Positions 56,204-64,000 of a stretch of 64,000 nt of DNA are shown piece after piece (position 1 is the first letter of the stretch; every line of letters starts with the position of its first letter). This DNA comes from Candidatus Stammera capleta (GTDB lineage Bacteria > Pseudomonadota > Gammaproteobacteria > Enterobacterales > Enterobacteriaceae): contig CP043980.1 of the NCBI GenBank assembly GCA_015134375.1, positions 96,384 to 160,383 of the forward strand, given 5' to 3'. A model generated the notes under the pieces. It was not told the DNA's origin. It worked only from the letters and a program-made list of their open reading frames with translations, and ran no database searches. Both the position numbers and the translations under genes were made by a program.

Positions 56204-57040
56204 TTAATATTTTTTTATATAAAAAACATTATTTTCTAATCATTTAAATTTTATATTTTTATATTTTTTTATAATTTTTTTTTTTTGGTTACCTACTTCA
56301 CATATTAAAATACCTTTTTTATTTAAATAATTTTTAAAATTATTTATAATTTTATTTATTATATATAATCCATTATTTTTTGTAAAAAGTGATATTTTAG
56401 GTTCATAAGAATATTCTTTAGGTAAAAAATTTATTTCTTTATATGATATATAAGGTGGATTAGTTATAATTAAATCATATTTTTTTCTAATATTTTTAAA
56501 AATATTTGATATAATTAATTTTATATTTTTACGTTTATGTATTTTAATATTTATTTTAGCAATTTTTAATGCTTTTTTACATATATCTGATGCGTCTATC
56601 TTTGATTTTGGGTACATATATGAACATATTATAGCTATACTTCCATTTCCAGTACATAAATCTAATATTTTTTTTGGATTTATATTATTTTTTATAATTT
56701 TTTTTTTTATTATTATATGTCCTATAGGACTTCTAGGTATTATTGATCTTTTATCTATATAAAATTTTTTATTGCAATATCATATATTTTTAGTAATATA
56801 TGCTATAGGTATTTTTTTATTTATTCTTATTTTTATATACTTTATAATTTTTTTATTTATTTTTTTATTTATATAAATATATTTATATTTTTTATTTATA
56901 TTTAATTTTAATATTGAATATATTAATAATATTGATTCAGAATATTCATTATATGTTCCATGTCCATAAAATAATTTATTTTTTTTAAATATTTTATATA
57001 TTTTTTTTATTAAATTAGATAATAATAATTTATTTTTCAT
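56204..57040 (-). CDS. prmB: ribosomal protein L3 glutamine N5-methyltransferase (PrmB-like)
   Basis: Track ORFs 56780..57040 and 56240..56617 share one frame. Motifs: LFYGHGTYNEYSESILLI, IPIAYITKNIW-YCNKKFYIDKRSIIPRSPIG, LDLCTGNGSIAI, DLIITNPPYI, GILICEVGN, FKW-LE. These match E. coli PrmB better than PrmC. The gene ends at TAA 56204-56206. Confidence 0.8.
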
Positions 57041-57095
57041 ATAAATAATAATATAATATATTTATTAAGTTTTATATTTTTTATTAAAATATTTA

Positions 57096-57178
57096 ACGGA
57101 AGTGGCGAAATTGGTAAACGCACTAGAATTAGAATCTAGTACTTATATAGTTTACGAGTTCAAATCTCGTCTTCCGTA
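57096..57178 (+). tRNA. tRNA-Leu (anticodon UAG)
   Basis: Acceptor ACGGAAG/CTTCCGT. Anticodon stem CTAGA/TCTAG, loop ATTAGAA. Long variable arm. T-arm ACGAG-TTCAAAT-CTCGT. Confidence 0.88.
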
Positions 57179-57187
57179 TTTTATTGG

Positions 57188-57259
57188 TGGGGTATAGCCA
57201 AGTTGGTAAGGCATCGGGTTTTGATCCCGAGATCCTAGGTTCGAATCCTAGTGCCCCTG
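57188..57259 (+). tRNA. tRNA-Gln (anticodon UUG)
   Basis: TGGGGTATAGCCAAGTTGGTAAGGCATCGGGTTTTGATCCCGAGATCCTAGGTTCGAATCCTAGTGCCCCTG. It is collinear with E. coli tRNA-Gln. Position 1-72 is unpaired (U-U) and G73 is present. Confidence 0.88.
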
Positions 57260-57267
57260 TAATTATT

Positions 57268-57341
57268 GGCTATGTAGCTTAATTGGTAATAGCGCAGCAT
57301 TCATAACGCTGAAGTTATAGGTTCAAATCCTATCATAGCTA
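57268..57341 (+). tRNA. tRNA-Met, elongator type (anticodon CAU)
   Basis: GGCTATGTAGCTTAATTGGTAATAGCGCAGCATTCATAACGCTGAAGTTATAGGTTCAAATCCTATCATAGCTA. It has no initiator features (no GGG/CCC anticodon stem, no C1-A72). The order Leu(UAG)-Gln-Met matches the E. coli leuW-glnU-metU region next to miaB. Confidence 0.8.
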
Positions 57342-57366
57342 TTTAAAATTAATATTATATATATAT

Positions 57367-58710
57367 ATGTATATAAAGATTTATTTAAAAACTTGAGGTT
57401 GTCAAATGAATCATTATGATTCTATGAAAATAATTAATCATTTAAATTATTTTAATAAATATAAATTTATTAAATCTTTTTATAATTCTGATATTATAAT
57501 ATTAAATATGTGTTCTGTAAGAAAAAAATCAGAAGATAAAGTTTTTAATTATTTAAAAAAAATAAATATTTTAAAATTAAATAATAATAATTTAATAGTA
57601 TGTATTTGTGGTTGTTTTTCTTTAAAAAGTAAAAATATTTTTTTAAAAGATTATGATATAATAAATATTATATTTAGTTCTAAATATATAAATAATTTAC
57701 ATTTTTTAATAAATGAATATAAAAAAAAAAAAAAAAAAATAATTTATATAAATAATTATAAAAATATTTATAAAAGTAATATAAAAGATTTATATATTAA
57801 AAAAAATTATTTTAAAAATGTTAAGGTATATTCTTATGTATCAATAATGCAAGGTTGTAATAAATATTGTTCTTATTGTATTGTTCCATTTACTAAAGGA
57901 AAAGAAATAAGTAGATCTCCAGAAGATATAATTAATGAAATATGTTATTTATCAAAAAATAATATCAAAGAAATAAATTTATTAGGACAAAATGTAAATT
58001 CTTATAATAGTTTTTTTAGTAATGGAAATATATGTAAATTTTCTGATTTATTATATTTGATATCAAATATTAAAGATATTGAAAGAATAAGATTTACTAC
58101 TAGTCATCCTATAGATTTTAAAGATGATATAATTAATTGTTATAAAAATATTAGTAAAATAGTTAATTATTTACATTTACCTGTTCAAAGTGGTTCTGAT
58201 AAAATTTTAAAATTAATGGGTAGAAAATATAATATATTATATTATAAAGAATTAGTTAATAAAATTTTAAGTGTAAGACCAAATTTAACTTTTAGTACAG
58301 ATTTTATAGTTGGTTTTCCTAATGAATCTGAAAATGATTTTATATTAACTTTAGATTTGATAAATGAAATAAAATTTGATCATAGTTATATATTTATGTA
58401 TTCTCCTAGACCTGGTACTAAATCTTATAATTATATTGATAATATAGATATGGTAGAAAAAAAACGTAGATTTTTTGAAATTAAAAAATTAATTGATAAA
58501 AATGTTTTATATTATAATAATAAAATGTTAGGTAATAAATATAAAATTTTAGTAGAAGGATTATCAAAAAAAAATAGAAAATATTTATATGGTCGTACAG
58601 AAAATAATAGAAAAATTTTTTTTTTAGGTAATATTAATTTATTAGGTAATTTAATTAATATTAAAATATATAAATTAAAAAATAATTATTTATATGGAAA
58701 ATTAATTTAA
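57367..58710 (+). CDS. miaB: tRNA-i6A37 methylthiotransferase MiaB
   Basis: The true start is ATG 57367: MYIKIYLKTWGCQMNHYDS (TGA 57394-57396 is the Trp of the conserved KTWGCQMN). Radical-SAM motif CNKYCSYCIVP. It contains an in-frame A19 tract (57721-57739). Confidence 0.92.
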
Positions 58711-58714
58711 TTTT

Positions 58715-59161
58715 ATGAGTAAAAAAATTTTTATATTAAATAGTTATTTAAATTTATTTTTTTATTCTTATAAATATTTTTATTTGGATTTATATATAGT
58801 GAATAAATTATTTATATATTTATATTCATTTTTTAATTTAAATAAATATATTAATATAATTTTTGTAAATAAAAATTATATTAAATTTTTAAATTTAAAA
58901 TATAGATGTATTAATAATTATACAAATGTTTTATCTTTTAATTATAATTATTTTAATAAAATAAATATTAAAAATGATTTATTAGGTGAAATTATAATAT
59001 GTACTGAAATAATATTTATAGAATATAAAAAAAATTATATATATAATTTTTTAAAATTATTAATACATAGTTTTTTACATTTAATTGGATTTAATCATAT
59101 TAATAAATTAGATTATAAAAAAATGAAATTTTATGAATTATTTTTTATTAAAAATTTTTAG
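58715..59161 (+). CDS. ybeY: endoribonuclease YbeY
   Basis: LLIHSFLHLIGFNH (the H..H.....H zinc site). It follows miaB. ybeZ/phoH is absent between them. Confidence 0.85.
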   Translation: MSKKIFILNSYLNLFFYSYKYFYLDLYIVNKLFIYLYSFFNLNKYINIIFVNKNYIKFLNLKYRCINNYTNVLSFNYNYFNKINIKNDLLGEIIICTEIIFIEYKKNYIYNFLKLLIHSFLHLIGFNHINKLDYKKMKFYELFFIKNF

Positions 59162-59260
59162 TTTATTTATTATTTTTTATTGTTTTAATTTTTAAATTAT
59201 ATATAATTAATGGTGTATGTTTAATTATTTATTTTTTTATATATATAAAGTTTTAATAAA

Positions 59261-59614
59261 ATGTGTATTTTATTTAAAAGGTTAAATTTTTTTTATAATA
59301 TTTTTTTGTTTTTATTTTCATCTTACTTATTATTAATAATAAATTTTTATTTAAATAAATTTATTTTTTTATATAAATTATTTTTTAATATTATTTTTTA
59401 TTATATTTTTTTTTCTGTTTTTAGATTAAATTTATTTTTTAAAAATTTTATATATTTTTTAAATAAATCTAAATATGAAATTTATAAAGTTAATTGACCT
59501 AATTTATTTGAAGTAATTAGAATTGTATTTGTTGTTTTTTTTATTAGTATTTTTATATCTTTAATTATTTGATTAATAGATATATCAATATTATATATAT
59601 TGACATTAATTTAA
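59261..59614 (+). CDS. secE: preprotein translocase subunit SecE
   Basis: Track ORF 59261..59497 continues through TGA. ..KSKYEIYKVNW-PNLFEVIRIVFVVFFISIFISLIIW-LIDISI matches the conserved SecE C-terminal segment (..E.KKV.WP.R.E....). It lies upstream of nusG. Confidence 0.8.
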
Positions 59615-59643
59615 AATATATTAATAATAATTTATATAAAATT

Positions 59644-60192
59644 ATGTTAAATTTAAATTATATAAAAAAATGGTATGTAATACAAGTGTTTTCTAATTCT
59701 GAAAATCAAGTTGTAGATAAATTAAAAAGTTATATAAAATTGAATAATTTAGAAAATTATTTTGGTGATATTTTAATTCCTACAGAAGAAGTATTAGAGA
59801 TTAAAAAAGGTATAAGAATTAAAAGTAATAGAAAAATTTATCCGGGTTATTTTTTTATTAATATGGTAATGAATGAAAAAAATTGATATTTAATAAAAAG
59901 TATACCTAAAACTATAGGATTTATAGGTGGTGATTATAAAAATTCTTTTCCAATTAATGATGAAGAAATTAATGTTATTAAAAAAAAATTAAATAATTTT
60001 AATAAACCTAAACCTAAAGTTTTATTTAAATTAGGTGAATTAGTTAGAATTAATAATGGACCTTTTTCTGATTTTACTGGAACTGTTGAAGAAATAGACT
60101 ATGATAGAAATAGATTAAAAGTTTTTGTGTTAATATTTGGTAGATCTACTCCTGTTGAATTAGATTTTTCTCAAGTAGAAAAGGATTATTAA
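59644..60192 (+). CDS. nusG: transcription termination/antitermination factor NusG
   Basis: MLNLNYIKKWYVIQVFSNSENQV.., YPGYFFINM, KOW region LGELVRINNGPFSDFTGTVEEIDYDRNRLKVFVLIFGRSTPVELDFSQVEK. It is in the frame of track ORF 59569..59886. Confidence 0.92.
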
Positions 60193-60213
60193 TTTTTATT
60201 ATATTTATTATTT

Positions 60214-60636
60214 ATGAAAAAAAAAGTATCATATATTAAAATGCAAGTTTTATCTGGTATGGCTAATCCTAGTCCACCTGTAGGACCAATATTGGGTCAA
60301 AGAGGTTTAAATATTATGAATTTTTGTAATGAATTTAACAAAAGAACTTCTAATTTAGATAAAGGTATACCTATACCTGTAATAATTAAGGTTTTTAATG
60401 ATCGTACTTTTAAATTTATAATTAAAAATCCTCCTGTATCTTATTTTTTAAAAAAACATTTATCTATAAGTAAAGGATCTAAAGATGCTAATAATATAAT
60501 TGCTAAAATAAATATTAAAGATATTATTAATATTGCTAAATTGAAAATTTTAGATACAAATTCACATAATGTTGATTCTGTTGTTAAATCTATAATAGGT
60601 ACAGCTAAATCTATGGGTATAAATATTTATAATTAA
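60214..60636 (+). CDS. rplK: 50S ribosomal protein L11
   Basis: IKMQVLSGMANPSPPVGPILGQRGLNIMNFCNEFN. Confidence 0.95.
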   Translation: MKKKVSYIKMQVLSGMANPSPPVGPILGQRGLNIMNFCNEFNKRTSNLDKGIPIPVIIKVFNDRTFKFIIKNPPVSYFLKKHLSISKGSKDANNIIAKINIKDIINIAKLKILDTNSHNVDSVVKSIIGTAKSMGINIYN

Positions 60637-60667
60637 TTAAATTTATAAATAAATAATAATATAAAAA

Positions 60668-61339
60668 ATGAAAAAATTTATAATTAAAGAAGATGAAAAA
60701 TTTTTAAATAATTTAATTAGTGTTTTAGATTTGTTAAAAAAAAATAATAAAAAAAGAAAATTTTTAGAATCTATAGATGTTTCTATTAATTTGGATATTG
60801 ATTATAAAGATATTAATCAATATATTTATGGCAATGTAGTTTTACCATATAATATTGGTAAAAAATATAAAATAGTTGTATTTGATGATAAATATAATAA
60901 AAATATTATTTGTTCTTGAGGAGCATGTTTAGCTGGTTCTAATAATTTGATAGAAAAAATAATTAATAAAGATATTAATTTTAATTTTAATTTAGTTATT
61001 ACTACACATAGTTTTTTTAACAAATTAAGTAATATAGGTTATATTTTAGGACCTAAAGGTTTAATGCCAAATATTAAATTTGGTACTATTACTAATGATT
61101 TAGAAAATACTGTTAAGGAATTTTCTAAAAATAAAATAATATATAAAAATGATAAATTTGGAATTATTAATACTAGTATTGGTAAAATTAATTTAAATAG
61201 TTTTAAATTAGCTAATAATTTAATGTGTTTGTTAAAATCAATAAAAAAAAATAAACCTATATTAATTAAAAAGTTATTATTTATAAAAAAAATATTTGTT
61301 TCTAGTACTATGGGTAGTAGTTATTTGGTTAATTTGTAA
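60668..61339 (+). CDS. rplA: 50S ribosomal protein L1
   Basis: Track ORFs 60668..60919 and 60947..61339 share one frame and join through TGA 60917-60919. Motifs FLESIDVSINL, GYILGPKGLMPN, and position in the rplKAJL cluster. Confidence 0.88.
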
Positions 61340-61386
61340 ATATATATTTATTAAAAATTTAAATAATTATAAATTAGGTAATATTA

Positions 61387-61881
61387 ATGTTGTTAAAAAT
61401 AAATTATAAAAAAAATATTGTTAATAAATTTAAAAAAGATTTAAATAAATCAGTATCTATATTTTTAATTGGTTTTAAAAATATATCTTGTAACAAATTA
61501 AACAATATTAGAAAAGAAGTTAGAAAAATTAATTCTTTTATTTTTGTATTAAAGAATAATTTATTTAAATTATCTATAAAAGATACTGATATTAGTTTTA
61601 TAAATAAATATTTAATTAATTCTAATATTATATGTTATTCTTTTGGTGATATTGTTAATATTATTAAATTATTGAATTTTTATTTAATTAAATATAAAAA
61701 AGAATTATTTTTAAAAATTTTGTTAATAAATAAAAAAAAAGTTAAAAAAAGATTAATTAATAATATAATAAAATTTAATACTTTTAAAAAATCTTTAATT
61801 TATTTATTATTTATTTTAAAAAATATTAGTGTATTAAGAATTATTAATGTTTTATTATATATAAAAAAAAAATTAAGTTAA
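61387..61881 (+). CDS. rplJ: 50S ribosomal protein L10
   Basis: A 164-aa ORF between rplA and rplL. The sequence is degenerate, so the call is mainly positional. Confidence 0.7.
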   Translation: MLLKINYKKNIVNKFKKDLNKSVSIFLIGFKNISCNKLNNIRKEVRKINSFIFVLKNNLFKLSIKDTDISFINKYLINSNIICYSFGDIVNIIKLLNFYLIKYKKELFLKILLINKKKVKKRLINNIIKFNTFKKSLIYLLFILKNISVLRIINVLLYIKKKLS

Positions 61882-61900
61882 ATTAATTAATGGTTAATAT

Positions 61901-62278
61901 ATGCAAATAACAAAAGAAGACATATTAGAAAAAATATCTTCAATGACTTTAGTTGAAATTATAGATTTAGTAGATGCTATTGAAAAAAAATTTGGAATAA
62001 ATTCTTCTTCTATTAATTTTAATGATAATAAAGATAATGTTGATTTATCAAAAGAAAAGATAAAAAAAAATAAATTTGATTTATATTTAAAATCTATAGG
62101 TAAAAATAAAATTGCAGTTATTAAAATTATAAGAAGTTATTTAAATTTAGGTTTAAAAGATTCTAAAGATTTAGTTGAATCTTGTCCTGTATTAATTAAA
62201 AAAGATGTTATTAAAGAAGATTTAGATGTTATAAAAAAATCTTTAGAAAAAGTAGGTGCTTTAGTAGAAATTAAATAA
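61901..62278 (+). CDS. rplL: 50S ribosomal protein L7/L12
   Basis: MQITKEDILEKISSMTLVEIIDLVDAIEKKFG.. and C-terminal domain KIAVIKIIRSYLNLGLKDSKDLVES.P..IKKDV.KEDLDVIKKSLEKVGALVEIK. Confidence 0.93.
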   Translation: MQITKEDILEKISSMTLVEIIDLVDAIEKKFGINSSSINFNDNKDNVDLSKEKIKKNKFDLYLKSIGKNKIAVIKIIRSYLNLGLKDSKDLVESCPVLIKKDVIKEDLDVIKKSLEKVGALVEIK

Positions 62279-62304
62279 AGAAAATTTTTAATAGGTATAA
62301 ATAT

Positions 62305-64000
62305 ATGTTTAGTAATACTGAAAAAAAACGTATACGTAAAAATTTTGGGAAAATTTCTAAAATATTAGATATACCTTATTTGCTTTCTATACAGATTTTT
62401 TCTTATAAAAGATTTTTATATAAAAAAAATAATTTTTCTGGGTTAGATTTAAGTTTTAAATCTATATTCCCTATATCTAATTATAATGGTAATGTTAAAT
62501 TATATTATAAAGATTATTTTTTAAAGAAATGTTTGTTTAGTAGTAGAGAATGTCAAATTAGGGGTTTGACTTATTCTGTTTCTTTGAAAGTTAAATTATG
62601 TTTAGTTTTTTATGAAAATAATTTAATTAAATATAAAAAAAAACAAATAGTTCATATGTGTGAAATACCATTAATGACTAAAAGAGGTACTTTTATAGTT
62701 AATGGTACTGAAAGAGTAGTAGTATCTCAATTACATAAAAGTCCTGGAGTTTTTTTTGATAGTGATAAAGGTAAAGGTAATTCTTTAGGTAAAATATTAT
62801 ATAATGCTAGAATAATACCTTATAGAGGTTCTTGGTTAGATTTTGAATTTGATTTAAAAGATTATTTATATTTAAGGATAGATAGAAAAAAAAAAATACC
62901 TGCAACTATTATTTTAAAAGCATTAGGATTAAGTAATAAAAAAATTTTAAGTAAGTTTTTTAATTATATAATTATAATATTTAAAAAAAAAAAAATATAT
63001 ATTAATATTAAACAATTAAAGGGTTATATATTAGATTTTGATATAATATTTAAAAATGAAATATATATTAAAAAAGGTATAAAAATCTCAAAAGATTATA
63101 TTAAAAAATTAACATATAAAGGAATAAAAAATATTATAGTACCTAAAAATTTTTTAATAAATAAAATTTTATTTAAAGATTATAATGTTTATATAGATAA
63201 ATATAAAATAAAAAAATTTTATTGTAATCAAAGATTGTATTTAGATAGTATTGATATTCTTTTAAATAGTAATGTTAAAAAAATAAAAATTTTAAATATT
63301 AATGAATTAAAAAATAATTATAAATGTATATCAGATACTTTAAATATAGATAATACTTTAGATAAAAATTCAGCTTTAATAGAAATATATAAAATGATAA
63401 GGCCAGGGGAGCCATCTTTATTAGATTCAGCTAAAATTTTATTTAAAAATTTATTTTTTTCTTTAGATAAATATGATTTATCTGATATTGGTAGAATGAA
63501 AATAAATAATTCTATAAATAGTAATATAAAAGTTAATTATTTAACTAAAATTGATATTTTGAATATTATAAAAAAATTAATAAGTATAAAAAATGGTAAT
63601 GGTAATATTGATGATATAGATAATTTAGGTAATAGAAGAGTTAGATGTGTAGGTGAAATGATAGAAAATCAATTTAGATTAGGTTTATATAGAATAGAAA
63701 AAACTATTAAAGATCGTTTATATTCTAATAATATTGATGATCTTTATCCTAAAGATTTAATAAATTCTAAACCTTTATCTGCTATGATAAAAGATTTTTT
63801 TTGTTCTAGTCAATTATCACAATTTATGGATCAAAATAATCCTTTATCTGAAATTACTCATAAGAGGAGAATATCAGCTTTAGGTCCTGGGGGTTTAACA
63901 AGAGATAGGGCAGGATTTGAAGTTAGAGATGTTCATACTAGTCATTATGGTAGAGTATGTCCTATAGAAACTCCAGAAGGTCCTAATATAGGTTTAATAA
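62305..64000 (+). CDS. rpoB: DNA-directed RNA polymerase subunit beta, N-terminal part (3' end outside window)
   Basis: MFSNTEKKRIRKNFGKISKILDIPYLLSIQ.., GTFIVNGTERVVVSQLHKSPGVFFD, RIIPYRGSWLDFEFD, NLGNRRVRCVGE, SQLSQFMDQNNPLSEITHKRRISALGPGGLTRDRAGFEVRDVH. The frame is open to the window end. Confidence 0.96.
   Translation, partial: MFSNTEKKRIRKNFGKISKILDIPYLLSIQIFSYKRFLYKKNNFSGLDLSFKSIFPISNYNGNVKLYYKDYFLKKCLFSSRECQIRGLTYSVSLKVKLCLVFYENNLIKYKKKQIVHMCEIPLMTKRGTFIVNGTERVVVSQLHKSPGVFFDSDKGKGNSLGKILYNARIIPYRGSWLDFEFDLKDYLYLRIDRKKKIPATIILKALGLSNKKILSKFFNYIIIIFKKKKIYINIKQLKGYILDFDIIFKNEIYIKKGIKISKDYIKKLTYKGIKNIIVPKNFLINKILFKDYNVYIDKYKIKKFYCNQRLYLDSIDILLNSNVKKIKILNINELKNNYKCISDTLNIDNTLDKNSALIEIYKMIRPGEPSLLDSAKILFKNLFFSLDKYDLSDIGRMKINNSINSNIKVNYLTKIDILNIIKKLISIKNGNGNIDDIDNLGNRRVRCVGEMIENQFRLGLYRIEKTIKDRLYSNNIDDLYPKDLINSKPLSAMIKDFFCSSQLSQFMDQNNPLSEITHKRRISALGPGGLTRDRAGFEVRDVHTSHYGRVCPIETPEGPNIGLI

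Noticed and set aside
59569-59643. The TTG-initiated N-terminal extension of nusG (track ORF start 59569).
   Set aside because: It overlaps the secE 3' end. NusG homology (KKWYVIQVFS) begins right after ATG 59644.

Overview
This window is a gene-dense, extremely AT-rich stretch (by eye well below 20% GC, not counted) of a highly reduced bacterial chromosome of the insect-endosymbiont type.

**Taxonomic reading.** Gene order is a condensed version of the E. coli map:
- ftsH..secG-leuU-nusA-infB-rbfA-truB
- rpsO-pnp-deaD
- groES-groEL
- ptsH-ptsI
- mnmG-atpBEFHAGDC
- thrU-tyrU-glyT-like tRNAs
- trxA-rho
- tsaD<>rpsU-dnaG-rpoD
- frr-bamA-dnaE
- rpmB-rpmG
- leuW-glnU-metU-like tRNAs next to miaB-ybeY
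- secE-nusG-rplKAJL-rpoB

GroEL matches enterobacterial GroEL (recalled from memory) over long runs. I therefore read this as a gammaproteobacterial (Enterobacterales-derived) symbiont. The taxon cannot be named without a database search.

**Genetic code.** The supplied ORF track used the standard code and breaks most long genes at TGA. TGA is clearly a Trp codon here (table 4), so I merged same-frame fragments.

**Inventory.**
- 63 protein-coding genes. One of them, pepA, is frame-broken inside an A21 tract.
- 16 tRNAs, none with an encoded CCA end.
- One tmRNA.
- Three hairpin terminator candidates.
- One compound AT microsatellite.
- No rRNA, CRISPR, transposase, phage, toxin-antitoxin or defence genes.

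**Hunt result.** I do not see a novel multi-gene system. The points worth follow-up are:
- UGA=Trp combined with a tRNA-Trp that keeps anticodon CCA but has the Hirsh-suppressor D-stem state (A24).
- A strand-composition and gene-orientation switch upstream of mnmG, a candidate origin.
- The poly(A)-tract frameshift in pepA, plus many very long in-frame homopolymers.
- Clean loss of the lpx/skp/rseP block between frr, bamA and dnaE.
- An orphan ptsH-ptsI pair.
- Apparent decay of aaRS editing sites and of the Cca HD domain.

All coordinates were derived by hand indexing and may be off by a few nt at tRNA ends.
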